Positions 17,232 to 26,808 are shown, counted from the first letter of the stretch. The stretch is 46,415 nucleotides of DNA from Desulfobacterales bacterium (GCA_030065275.1 JASJCV010000007.1:1-46415), one strand, 5' to 3'. The notes: a model not told the origin generated them from the letters alone. Made by a program: numbers and translations.

Positions 17232-20200
17232 ATAGACGGTGAACGCTGAGCATGGGAGCGGCGATGCTCTGGCGGGCCAGATCGACCATGTGTTGGTGAT
17301 GGGTGAAAAAAATGACCTGGGTCCTTGCGGCCAGGGCCGCCAGGATTTTCAGGGTCGCCGCGGACCGCTCGTCGTCGAAGCGCAGGAGGATGTCGTCCAC
17401 CACGAAGGGCAGCGGCTCGCTGATGTCGATGTACTGCTCGATGCCGGCCAGCCTCAAGGCCAGATAGAGTTGGTCGGCGGTGCCGTCGCTCAGCCCCTCC
17501 ACCGCGACTTGATCGCCGTCGGGGGAACGGATGCCCACCAGCACGGGCTGGCCCTTCTCGTCGTATTCCGTGCGCACGCCGTCGAAGGCCCCGCCCGTCA
17601 TGGATGCAAAAAATTCGCTGGCCCTTTGAATCAGCGGGCCCTGATGCTTCCGGCGATACGCTTCGATGGTGCGGGCCAGAACCGTCGTCGCTAACTTGAG
17701 CCGGGCGTATTGTTCGACATCCGCCTCCAGCGTGGCCAGAAGACGTTGGGCGGTCTCGGCCTGCTCGGCGGCCGCGGCGCGGCCGTCCATGCGCTTGAGC
17801 TCGGCGCGCGCGGTGCCGACGGCCTGATGGCGCTCGGCGCGCTCCGCCTCGAGGGCTTCGATCTCCCGGGTCAGCTGCTGCCGTTGCGTTTTGATGCGGT
17901 CGGCATCCACCGTGGCGGCCTGGTCGACAAACGCGGCAACCGTGGCGCCTGCGCTCAGCTCGCGCAACCGGCTTTCAAGGGTGCTCTTTTCCTCGCGGAG
18001 CCGGCGTCGTTGCTGATTCTGGTGCTCGACTTCGGGTAGCGCCTCCGGCTGGTCGCAGCGCGCCTCCCGGCACAGGGCCTGCAGCAATACCGCGGCGTCC
18101 TCCGTGCGTTTGCGGGTCTGGTTCAGATCTTCGACGGCCGTGGTCAACTGTTTTTCAACGCTGCGGCGGGCAGCCTGTGCCTCCCGGGCGGCCGTCAGAC
18201 TGGCATTCAAGCGTTGAGCGGTCTGATCAGGGGGCTCGCCCGCGTTAATGCGGAGCAGGGGCGCCGCCAGCGCATGCACCCGCTGCCGGAAGTCTTCCGC
18301 GTCGCGGTCGATGCCCTGGATGCGTTTTTGGAGGATGTCGGCTTCGCCGCGCTGTGAGCGGGATTCGCGAATGCTTTCGATAACCGCGGAAACCACCCGG
18401 GGGGCGGCATCGTCTGTGAGTCCGACCCGGGAAACCTTCCGGGACCAGACCGCGCGCCAGGTGGTAAACTCCTCCTCCAGCCGGCGCGATTCCTCGCCCC
18501 AGCGCCGCCGCGCCTGCTCGAGGCGCAAGCGTTCCCGGGCAAGCGATTCGTGCTGCATCCGACGTTCGTTTTGCCGCGCCGCGTAACGACCGGCCGCGGC
18601 GACGAGATCCTCCAGCGAAGCGGACCGGGCGACGGATTGGCTGGCGCTCTGCAGGGCCTGGCGGATCATGGTCTTGAGGGCTTCGACGTCGGTCCGGACG
18701 GCGGTGGTGTGGGTGGTCTCGGCTTGAAGGGCATCCCATTGGTCCCGGATGGAAAGGATGGCGGTCAGCCAGGCCCGCATTTCCCGCGGCTCGGCGGGCT
18801 CGATTTGCGCCGGCGCCCAGATTTGCCGCCATTGGTCTTGCAGATCGGAGCGGGCGCTACGGGTGGCTTCCATGCTTTCGGCGATGCGCTGCAGATCCCG
18901 GGTGGACTGCGTCCGACGAGTCTCCAGAAGACTTTTCCGGCTGATTTGCTCGGCTTCACGCCGGAGTCGGTCGACGATCTGATCGGCCCGGCGCATGCTG
19001 GCTTCAAAAGCTTCGGGCAGGGCCGGGGCCTCGGCGATGTCGGCCCGGAAACGCTTTTCTGCCGTCGGGTCCACCGCTAGACCTTCCAGGCGCCGCCGTA
19101 GGAGCTGCCAACCGACATCGCGCCGACGGCGCGCCGCCGTCAGGTCCTCTTCCGTGGGCAGCTCCCCGTGGAGGGACAGTTCATGGCGCTCAATGTCGAT
19201 GCGCGCGAGCGCTTCCTGCTGTTTTTCCCAGTCGGCCTGCTGTTGTGCCTGGATTTGCCTCAGGTCGTCCAGTCGGGCTTCGAAATGGTCGATGCTTTCC
19301 AACGCGGGCAGGGGCAAGGTTTCAAGGGCGTCCAATTCACCGTGCCAGAGGGTCTGGCGCCGGAGGTTTTTCTTTAGCTTCGCTTTCTGGGCGGCCAGGC
19401 TGCGGTCGCTGGCGGCCAGCTGTTTTTCCAGAGGGCCGGCCTCGATCCCCCGCTGAAGGGCGGTCTTCAAGGCTTCGGCATCAGGCGGCGGCGCCAGGGC
19501 ATTTTGCTGCGCCTCGAGGGCCCGATATTCGCTCTCGAGTTCACGGCCGCGCGCGCGTGCGGCCTCCAGCCGGGTTTGCAGGCGCTCGTGTGTTTGCCCC
19601 AGGTCCTGGATCTCGGCGACCCAGGCGGCCGGCAGCTCGAGGTCGGTCTGCGGCCCCGCCGGATCGATGCCCGCGAGAGTGGCGTCCGCCTGCCGGTAGA
19701 GCAGGCGCATGCGGGCTTCCAGGCCGGGCCGGTCCTTCTGGGCCTTGATGTAGCTGCCGAGTTCATGCTGCAGGGCCTCGATGAGGGGGGCTTGATCCAA
19801 AACGTCGTCGCGCACCGCGATGCGGTCCATCTGCTGACGAAGGGAGGCGACCTGCGACTGCAGCCGGCTCAAATCGTTGCCGGCCGTTTCGAGGTGGTAT
19901 TCGGTTTCGCGACGCTGGGCACTGAAATCCTCCGGCAGTTCCGGGAGGCCGGCATATCGGCGCAGACCATCATCGATCTCCCGGCGGCGGGCCATCAGTG
20001 GCAGCGCCGTCTCGATACGCTCCAGACCGCCCTGCTCCTGGCGTTTGGCGACCAGCATGTCATCCAGGGCCTCGAGACGCTGGCGGGCCTCGCTGAGGGC
20101 CGCATGGTGGGCCTGCCATGTCCGGGCCTGCAACCGCGCGGCCTTCTCGCTCTGGCGAGTCTGCCTGATAAGCGCCAGCGTCTGGTTGATGCGGGGTTTC

Positions 20201-20736
20201 TTGCCCGTGGATTTGAACAGGGCCTCGCATTGACCGGCCAGTTCCCGCTGAAGGGTCTGGAGCCGGTTCAGCCCGGCGCCGGCGGCGAACAAGGCCTGGC
20301 CGACACGGCCGCCCCCGGCGACGATGTCTTCACCGCCCCGAACCAGGTCCTCATGACCGATGGCAAACATCTGTTCGAAAAAATCACGGTCGACGCCGCC
20401 CAAAAACGGGTGCAGGGCGCTTTCTTCTAGCACCGTCCGGTCGTCCTTCGCGCGCAGGGTTTTGCCCTGCCCCTTGCGCCGGACCAAAGTGATCTGCCGA
20501 CCGTCGCTGTGGGTCAGGCAGGCACCGATGCGAAGCTTGGGGTGCGGGTGCCGGAAGTTGTCACCGGTGCGAACCGGAATACCGAAAAGCAGGCTACGCA
20601 GGGCCCGCAAGGCCGAGCTCTTGCCGGCCTCGTTGGGGCCGAACACCAGGTGCATCGCCCCGTGCGGCTGCGAAAAATCCAGGGCCGCGTCGGTGAAGGG
20701 GCCATAGGCAATGAGGTGCAATTGCTCGATTTTCAT
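17230..20736 (-). CDS. SbcC/Rad50-like coiled-coil ATPase (YhaN / AAA_27 type), 1168 aa
   Basis: N-terminal Walker A FGPNEAGKSSALRAL, then about 900 aa of A/E/R/L/Q-rich coiled coil. The C-terminus has the ABC signature LSDGTADQLYLALRLA and Walker B PFVVDDILLRFDD. Its ATG overlaps the upstream nuclease stop (ATGA). Confidence 0.8.
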   Translation of the reverse strand: MKIEQLHLIAYGPFTDAALDFSQPHGAMHLVFGPNEAGKSSALRALRSLLFGIPVRTGDNFRHPHPKLRIGACLTHSDGRQITLVRRKGQGKTLRAKDDRTVLEESALHPFLGGVDRDFFEQMFAIGHEDLVRGGEDIVAGGGRVGQALFAAGAGLNRLQTLQRELAGQCEALFKSTGKKPRINQTLALIRQTRQSEKAARLQARTWQAHHAALSEARQRLEALDDMLVAKRQEQGGLERIETALPLMARRREIDDGLRRYAGLPELPEDFSAQRRETEYHLETAGNDLSRLQSQVASLRQQMDRIAVRDDVLDQAPLIEALQHELGSYIKAQKDRPGLEARMRLLYRQADATLAGIDPAGPQTDLELPAAWVAEIQDLGQTHERLQTRLEAARARGRELESEYRALEAQQNALAPPPDAEALKTALQRGIEAGPLEKQLAASDRSLAAQKAKLKKNLRRQTLWHGELDALETLPLPALESIDHFEARLDDLRQIQAQQQADWEKQQEALARIDIERHELSLHGELPTEEDLTAARRRRDVGWQLLRRRLEGLAVDPTAEKRFRADIAEAPALPEAFEASMRRADQIVDRLRREAEQISRKSLLETRRTQSTRDLQRIAESMEATRSARSDLQDQWRQIWAPAQIEPAEPREMRAWLTAILSIRDQWDALQAETTHTTAVRTDVEALKTMIRQALQSASQSVARSASLEDLVAAAGRYAARQNERRMQHESLARERLRLEQARRRWGEESRRLEEEFTTWRAVWSRKVSRVGLTDDAAPRVVSAVIESIRESRSQRGEADILQKRIQGIDRDAEDFRQRVHALAAPLLRINAGEPPDQTAQRLNASLTAAREAQAARRSVEKQLTTAVEDLNQTRKRTEDAAVLLQALCREARCDQPEALPEVEHQNQQRRRLREEKSTLESRLRELSAGATVAAFVDQAATVDADRIKTQRQQLTREIEALEAERAERHQAVGTARAELKRMDGRAAAAEQAETAQRLLATLEADVEQYARLKLATTVLARTIEAYRRKHQGPLIQRASEFFASMTGGAFDGVRTEYDEKGQPVLVGIRSPDGDQVAVEGLSDGTADQLYLALRLAGIEQYIDISEPLPFVVDDILLRFDDERSAATLKILAALAARTQVIFFTHHQHMVDLARQSIAAPMLSVHRL

Positions 20737-21998
20737 GGGCGGGGCCGATCCGTTTTAAGTCCCCGGATCAGAAGGTCCCGGGCCTGGCGGACCAACGCGC
20801 GCCAGCGTTCGGGGTCCTGAGGATCGAGGGCATCGTCGCCCCGGCGGTAGTCGGCGGGCAGTTTGCGCCATAGAGGTGCCAGGATCTCCCCCAGAGCGAT
20901 CAACTCCGTGTCGCTGGCCACCAGTTCGTCGACCAGTCGGTTCATTTCGTGCAAAGGGCCGGGGTCCGCGGCGGTCGTGGAGCTGGCCGGGGGCGGCAGG
21001 GTTTGGATTTTGACCTTTTCAATCCAGACCCGCTCTCCGAATGCGGATACGGCTGCCGAGCGGACGGCCTGTGTCCAATATTCGACATCGCCGTTGATGT
21101 CGGTGTGCACCGCCGTCGGTCCCCTGAAAGTCACCCGAGCAACAACGGGCAGGGGGGGGCTGTCCGCGACCAGGGCCTCCAGCGTCGCCTTGAGACGGTC
21201 GTTTGCGGCCGTTAGCGTCTCGACCCCCTCGAGGTCGACCGTCACCTGCGCCCAGCGCACGACATCGTGTGGGCATCGGGTCAATGCGGTCACCCGGCCG
21301 TCCTCCACCGTTACGAGCACACTGCCCTTCTCCCCGGTTTCCCTGACGCTGCGTCCCTGGATGCAGCCCGGAAAGATCACCGGCGGCGTCTGGGCCACCT
21401 GTTCGAACTGGTGGACATGGCCTAGGGCCCAGTAATCGTAGCTGCGGCTTTCGAGATCGGCCAGGGCGCAGGGGGCGTAGTTTTCGTGTCCTTCGCGCCC
21501 GGTCAGGCTGGTGTGCAGCAAACCGATATTGAACCATCCGGGAACCGGCTCCGGGTAGCGCTGGACCAGATTTTCCACGACGGCCGTTTTTGCGAAGCTC
21601 TGCCCGTGAACGGCCACCTGGAGGCGGTCCAGCGTGCATGTCTGGGGCCGGCGGTGATCCAACACATGGACGTTGTCCGGGTAGGGCAGGGTGCGCGTCA
21701 TGCGGCCGGCGGCGTCGTGGTTGCCCGACACGATGAAGACGCGAATGTTCGCGGCCCCCAGCCGCTGCATCTGAGAGACGAAATAGAGGCCGGTGTTGTA
21801 GTCCTTCCAGTCGCCGTCGAACAGATCGCCGGCGATCAGGACGAAATCCACGGATTCGCCCAGGGCGTGGTCGATCAGGTTTTCGAAGGCCCGGCGGGAG
21901 GCCTGACGCACTTCTTCGACCGGTGCGCCCTCGTAGTGCGCCAGCCGGTGCAGGGGACTGTCCAGATGGATATCGGCCGTGTGAATGAACTTGAACAT
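20733..21998 (-). CDS. SbcD/Mre11-like metallophosphoesterase nuclease (YhaO type)
   Basis: Calcineurin-type motifs FIHTADIHLD, LIAGDLFD, IVSGNHDA, GLLHTS and ALGHVH. I chose the start at MFKFIHTADIH (complement of 21996-21998). The track ORF extends to 22109. Confidence 0.85.
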   Translation of the reverse strand: MFKFIHTADIHLDSPLHRLAHYEGAPVEEVRQASRRAFENLIDHALGESVDFVLIAGDLFDGDWKDYNTGLYFVSQMQRLGAANIRVFIVSGNHDAAGRMTRTLPYPDNVHVLDHRRPQTCTLDRLQVAVHGQSFAKTAVVENLVQRYPEPVPGWFNIGLLHTSLTGREGHENYAPCALADLESRSYDYWALGHVHQFEQVAQTPPVIFPGCIQGRSVRETGEKGSVLVTVEDGRVTALTRCPHDVVRWAQVTVDLEGVETLTAANDRLKATLEALVADSPPLPVVARVTFRGPTAVHTDINGDVEYWTQAVRSAAVSAFGERVWIEKVKIQTLPPPASSTTAADPGPLHEMNRLVDELVASDTELIALGEILAPLWRKLPADYRRGDDALDPQDPERWRALVRQARDLLIRGLKTDRPRP

Positions 21999-22529
21999 GC
22001 TGAAACGGAACCTGGCTATGGGGTCTGCGAATCTTAGGCGTCGGCATCCACGCCCGTTCGTCGCCTTCGGATCTCCCGGCGGGCGTCTGTCGCGGCGGTG
22101 CCAGACCATGTTCCCTGGCCGGCCGCGTCACGCACACCCGCTCCGATCCAGTCTGCGGGGGACATCGGGGCTTGCCGGGGCAAAACCTGGATAGCGAAGC
22201 CGGCCCACGGGGTCAAGCGCTACCTGCCGTAAGAGGGCTGCGGTCCGTCTTCGCCCCTTCTCCGATCGGCGCGGTCGTGCGCGATCGGTCGTTGGACGGC
22301 AGACCCCGCAGCAGCGGATCGAAAACGACGGGAAGCCACGGACGGCCTCTCATACCGGGCGGTCTTGCTTCTTGTCCATGTATGGGTTACGAGTGAGTGC
22401 GCTATCATCAGAGCGCCATCAGTGGACGCCGGTGCGACCATATGTTTTCCGAATGCCTGCAGGGTCACCACTGCCCAGGCCGGGGCGTCGGCCTGAGCGC
22501 ATTCGCCATCCTTTACCGGGAGAAACGTC

Positions 22530-24407
22530 ATGAAATCCAGGCAGTACTGGGCTGACCGCTATGTCGAGATCCGGCAGGCGCCCGAAAAGGCGATCAAACT
22601 GATTCGCTCCGGTCAGCGGGTCTTCATCGGCTCGGCCTGCGGCGAACCCCAGGCGCTGGTGCGGGCCTTGGCCCAGCACGCCCGCACCCTCACCGGGTTG
22701 GAGGTGGTGCGCCTGATGTCGATGGAGACCACGCCCCTGACCATGATCGCCGAGAAGAGTCAGGATCAGAGCCTCAACATCCGTTCCCTTTACCTGGGTT
22801 CGGGGCGGCCGCAGACCATTGCCCGCAACAAGCGCTTTGTCACGCCGATGAACCAATCGGCCATTCCGCGCCTGTTCAAAAGCCGCAAACTGCCGATCCA
22901 TGTGACCCTTGTCCAGGCCTCGCCGCCCGACGACTTCGGTTGGATGAGCCTGGGCGTCTCGGTGGACATCTCGCTCGCGGCCGCCCAGGTCGCCGATCTG
23001 CTCATCGTGCAGGTCAACCCCCGAATGCCGAGGGTGTTGGGGCACAGCTTCATCCACGTCAACCAGGCGGATATCATCGTCGAGCACGAGGAGCCGCTGA
23101 TCACCGTCCCCGAGCCGCCGGACAGCGAGCGGGCCAACCGGATCGGCCGCTTCATGGCCCGGCTGATTGACGACGGCTCCACCCTGCAGATCAGCCCGGG
23201 AACCACCGGGCAGGCCACCGCCCTGGCGCTGTCAGAAAAAAACGATCTGGGGATCCACTCGCAATTCGTCACCGACACGATCATGCATCTTGTTTCCAAG
23301 GGCGTCATCAACAACCAGCGCAAAAGGCTCAACGAGGGCAAACTCGTGGCCAGTACGGCCATCGGCTCGGCCGAACTCTACGAATTTCTGGACGACAATC
23401 CGGGGATCGAATTCTTCCCCTCCGACTACGTCAACAATCCCGCCGTCATTGCCGAGCACCACCACATGGTGTCGCTCAACGTGGCCATGGCCATGGACCT
23501 GACCGGGCAGGTCGCCGCCGATGCACTGCCCTACAACCATTTTTCGGGCATTACCGGCCTGCTGGACTTCATGCGCGGCGCCGCGGCTTCCGAGGACGGC
23601 AAGGCCATCCTCATGATGACGGCCACCAACGGCAGCGGCAAGAAAAGCCGGATCGTGCCCAAAATGGAGGATCATTCGGTGGTCGTGCCCCGGGGCGACG
23701 TCCACTACGTGGTGACCGAGTACGGGGCCGTGAACCTTTTCGGCAAAAGCCTCCAGGAACGGGCCATGGCCATGATCAGCATCGCTCACCCGGATTTTCG
23801 GGACGAGCTTTTCCAGCAGGCCAAGGAGATCGGGTTGCTCACCGCCGAGCGCACCCTGCATGAATCCATGCAGGGGGTCTATCCCGTCGAACTCGAGGAA
23901 ACCATCACGATCGACGGCGAAGACGTCACCATCCGCCCGGCCAAGCCGGTGGACGAGCGGCGCATCCAGGAGCACTACTACAATCTCGACAAGGAAGACG
24001 TGGTCTCGCGCTTTTTCCACGAAAAGAACAGTTTCATGCGCAAGGAAGTGGAGGGGGTCTCACAAATCGACTATGTGAAGGATCTGACCCTCGTGGCCCT
24101 GACGGGCGAGTTCGGCTTCGGCAAGGTCGTCGCCGTCGGGGAATATCTGCTGGACGAGGCCAAGAACATGGCCGAAGTGGCCTTTTCGGTGATCAAGCCT
24201 TACCAGGGCAAAGGCCTCGGCAGTGTGTTCATCCTGAAACTGGCGACCCAGGCACGTGAAAACGGGATCGTCGGTCTCATGGCCTATACCGCCCCCCAGA
24301 ATCAGGGCATGATCCGCCTATTTAAAACCCTGCCCTACAAGATCGAATCCTTCTTCGACGGTGAGATGCTGACGCTGAGCTGCCGTTTCGATAAACCCAA
24401 GGAATGA
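22530..24407 (+). CDS. Fusion protein: acetyl-CoA hydrolase/CoA-transferase family domain plus C-terminal GNAT acetyltransferase
   Basis: The N-terminal ~430 aa carry FIGSACGEPQALVRALA and LDFMRGAAASEDGKAILMMTATNGSGKKSRIVP (4-hydroxybutyrate CoA-transferase/acetyl-CoA hydrolase pattern). The C-terminal ~170 aa form a GNAT domain with the acetyl-CoA loop PYQGKGLGS. Confidence 0.85.
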   Translation: MKSRQYWADRYVEIRQAPEKAIKLIRSGQRVFIGSACGEPQALVRALAQHARTLTGLEVVRLMSMETTPLTMIAEKSQDQSLNIRSLYLGSGRPQTIARNKRFVTPMNQSAIPRLFKSRKLPIHVTLVQASPPDDFGWMSLGVSVDISLAAAQVADLLIVQVNPRMPRVLGHSFIHVNQADIIVEHEEPLITVPEPPDSERANRIGRFMARLIDDGSTLQISPGTTGQATALALSEKNDLGIHSQFVTDTIMHLVSKGVINNQRKRLNEGKLVASTAIGSAELYEFLDDNPGIEFFPSDYVNNPAVIAEHHHMVSLNVAMAMDLTGQVAADALPYNHFSGITGLLDFMRGAAASEDGKAILMMTATNGSGKKSRIVPKMEDHSVVVPRGDVHYVVTEYGAVNLFGKSLQERAMAMISIAHPDFRDELFQQAKEIGLLTAERTLHESMQGVYPVELEETITIDGEDVTIRPAKPVDERRIQEHYYNLDKEDVVSRFFHEKNSFMRKEVEGVSQIDYVKDLTLVALTGEFGFGKVVAVGEYLLDEAKNMAEVAFSVIKPYQGKGLGSVFILKLATQARENGIVGLMAYTAPQNQGMIRLFKTLPYKIESFFDGEMLTLSCRFDKPKE

Positions 24408-24477
24408 TGCGTCGGGGCTAACGGCGGGGATCGTTTTGTCCCCGACCCAGACCGTTGCCGGCGCCAGGAGTGGAGCC

Positions 24478-26418
24478 ATGCCGCAAGTGACCTTTCTTCC
24501 CCATGAAAAATCGATCCAGGTGCCTGCGGGGGACAGTCTGATTCGGGCGGCCATGGAGGCCGGCGTGCATATCAACGCCTCCTGCGGCGGCGACGGGGTC
24601 TGCGCCAAGTGCCGCATCCTTGTTGAAGCCGGAACGGTCGACGGCGGGCTTTCCGACCGCATCAGCCCGGAGGACCGGGAAAAGGGCTACCGCCTGGCCT
24701 GCCAGGCGGTGATCACAGGCGACGTCACCGTGCGTGTGCCGGTGGAGTCCAGCATCGACGCCAGCGTGCTCAAGCGCCAGGCCACGCCGCGCAGCACGGC
24801 CCGAATCCATCAGCCCGACTTTGAGAGCCTCAAGGAGGAGGGGCTTTTCGCACCGCCCGTGGAGGAGGTCTTTCTCGAACTCCCCGAACCCAGCGCGACC
24901 GACAACCAGCCCGACGCCTCCCGTCTGGTCAATTTTCTCACCATGAACCATGACGAGCACCGGCTGGTGGTCCGGATGCCGGTCATCCGCAAGTTGCCCG
25001 GGGCGCTGCGGGGGGACAACTTCCGGGTGACGGCCACCCTGGCCCGTCCGGTGCAGCCGGGCCGCAAGACCCACATCATCAACATCCAGCCGGGGGATAC
25101 CACCGACCGCAACTATGCCGTGGCCATGGACATCGGCACGACCACGGTCTACGGCCAGCTGATCGACCTGATTTCGGGCGACGTATTGGCCGAAAGCGGT
25201 GATTTCAACGGTCAGATCAGCTACGGCGAAGATGTCATCACCCGGATCATGGCGGCCGAAAAACCGGGGGGGCTCGAAAAGCTGCACGCCGTGGTCACGG
25301 CCACGATGAACAAGATCATCGCCAAGATCGTCAAGCGGGCCGGCGTGGACGTGGACGACATCAATGCCATCACCATCGCGGCCAACACCACCATGACCCA
25401 GCTTTTTCTCCGGGTGGATCCGCGTCATATCCGCCGGTCCCCCTACGTTCCGGCCAGCAACATCTACCCGCCTCTGGACGCCGTGGGGCTTGGACTGGAG
25501 CTTGGCGATCACGCTGCCGCCCTGGTCTATCCCCAGGTATCGAGCTACGTGGGCGGGGATATCGTGGCGGGGGTGATGGGATCGGGCATGTCCCGCAGCG
25601 AGAAGCTGACCCTCTTCATGGATATCGGCACCAACGCCGAGATCGTGGTGGGCAACAAGGACTGGATGGCCTGCGCGGCCTGCTCGGCCGGCCCCGCCCT
25701 GGAAGGCGGCAATATCGAATTCGGCATGCGGGCCGCCAAAGGCGCCATCGAGGATTTTTCCATCGACCCGCTGACACTCGAGCCGATGATCCTGACCATC
25801 GGCAACGTGCGTCCCAAAGGCATCTGCGGCTCCGGGCTGATTACGACGGTGGCCGTGATGTTCGAGACGGGCGTGATCAACAACCTGGGAAAATTCGACC
25901 GGGATCTGGACACCCCGCGCATCCGGGCCAAGGAAAACGTCTACGAGTACGTGCTGGCCTGGGCCGATGAAACCCAGGTGGCGCGCGACATTGTGCTGAC
26001 CGAAATCGACATCGAGAACCTGATCCGGGCCAAGGGCGCCATCTACAGCGGTTGCCTGACCCTGCTCGACGAAGTCGGGCTGGGCATGGCGGACATCGAA
26101 CAGATCTACCTGGCGGGCGGTTTCGGCAGCTACGTCGATCTCGAAAAGGCCATGACCATCGGGCTGCTGCCCGAAACCGACCCGCGGAAGGTGACCTATA
26201 TCGGCAACGCCTCCCTCCTCGGGGCGCGTATGGCCGCCCTGACCAACCGCCTGCGCCAGGACGTGGTCACCGTGACCCGCATGATGACCAATTTCGAGCT
26301 CTCGGAAACGGCTTCTTACATGGACCATTATGTGGCGGCGCTCTTCCTGCCGCACACCGACCTCAATCAGTTTCCCAAACTCAAAAACCGCCTGGCAGCC
26401 GCCAAAGCAAATAGCTGA
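24478..26418 (+). CDS. acsV: Corrinoid activation/regeneration protein (RACo: 2Fe-2S ferredoxin domain plus ASKHA ATPase)
   Basis: N-terminal plant-type ferredoxin (VTFLPHEKSIQV...ASCGGDGVCAKCRI) and ASKHA phosphate motifs AMDIGTTTVYG and FMDIGTNAEIVVG. I chose the start at MPQVTF after AGGAGTGGAG. The track ORF starts at 24436. Confidence 0.85.
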   Translation: MPQVTFLPHEKSIQVPAGDSLIRAAMEAGVHINASCGGDGVCAKCRILVEAGTVDGGLSDRISPEDREKGYRLACQAVITGDVTVRVPVESSIDASVLKRQATPRSTARIHQPDFESLKEEGLFAPPVEEVFLELPEPSATDNQPDASRLVNFLTMNHDEHRLVVRMPVIRKLPGALRGDNFRVTATLARPVQPGRKTHIINIQPGDTTDRNYAVAMDIGTTTVYGQLIDLISGDVLAESGDFNGQISYGEDVITRIMAAEKPGGLEKLHAVVTATMNKIIAKIVKRAGVDVDDINAITIAANTTMTQLFLRVDPRHIRRSPYVPASNIYPPLDAVGLGLELGDHAAALVYPQVSSYVGGDIVAGVMGSGMSRSEKLTLFMDIGTNAEIVVGNKDWMACAACSAGPALEGGNIEFGMRAAKGAIEDFSIDPLTLEPMILTIGNVRPKGICGSGLITTVAVMFETGVINNLGKFDRDLDTPRIRAKENVYEYVLAWADETQVARDIVLTEIDIENLIRAKGAIYSGCLTLLDEVGLGMADIEQIYLAGGFGSYVDLEKAMTIGLLPETDPRKVTYIGNASLLGARMAALTNRLRQDVVTVTRMMTNFELSETASYMDHYVAALFLPHTDLNQFPKLKNRLAAAKANS

Positions 26419-26755
26419 ATCATTTCGACAAACTAAACCCGATTTACCGGATTCAGGTATTGACAAAAAACCACGCGAAAGATAGAGCAATAAATCCACG
26501 GGCTCATATCATTCCAGCCTTTACAAAACCGCCGCTGATGCTTTCGACGTTCCGGTCGATCCGATGGCACAGGCGATCGACCTTCGCGAAAGTTATAGTA
26601 TATTCAAATAGATGCAGGTCATCCGCCATGACGGATCGCATGGACCGGTGTGTATTGAACGGAGGGGCACTGTTCTCAAAACGGGGCGCAACAATCCGCG
26701 CCGCGACCGAATAGAAAGTACAAATCCAACAATTGAAAGGGGGGCTGCAGACAGA

Positions 26756-26808
26756 TCATTGTTAATGCTGGCAGCGGGCTCCGTCAGGAGCCCGGACATT
26801 AATGATGA
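26756..26808 (+). promoter_or_regulatory. Nested 20-bp stem-loop in the long leader of the acs operon
   Basis: The outer 12-bp stem pairs TCATTGTTAATG (26756-26767) with CATTAATGATGA (26797-26808), with 2 G-U pairs. The inner perfect 8-bp stem pairs CGGGCTCC (26775-26782) with GGAGCCCG (26787-26794), with loop GTCA. It lies about 90 nt upstream of the acsD start. Confidence 0.4.

Noticed and set aside
22160-22240. GGGGCTTGCCGGGGCAAAACCTGGAT... reminiscent of a tmRNA 5' end
   Set aside because: No tRNA-like T-arm or acceptor 3' end (GGTTCGA..CCA context) and no tag reading frame follow. The similarity is limited to the first few bases.
22318-22370. GAAAACGACGGGAAGCC... as a possible cobalamin riboswitch core
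   Set aside because: Only the GGGAAGCC fragment matches. No B12 box (GCCACTG-like) or surrounding conserved helices could be found by eye.
24418-26499. 693-aa minus-strand ORF
   Set aside because: It is antisense to the RACo/AcsV gene. It has an Arg/Gly/His/Asp-rich nonsense composition and no motifs.
26565-26580. TGGCAC hexamer in the acs leader as a sigma-54 -24 element
   Set aside because: The sequence 5 nt downstream is ATCGA, not TTGC, so there is no -12 GC element at the required spacing.
26732-26749. TTGAAAGGGGGGCTGCAG, which resembles the sigma-54 promoter at 10615
   Set aside because: It lacks the invariant -24 GG (TGAAAG) and has CTGC instead of TTGC. The resemblance is probably chance.
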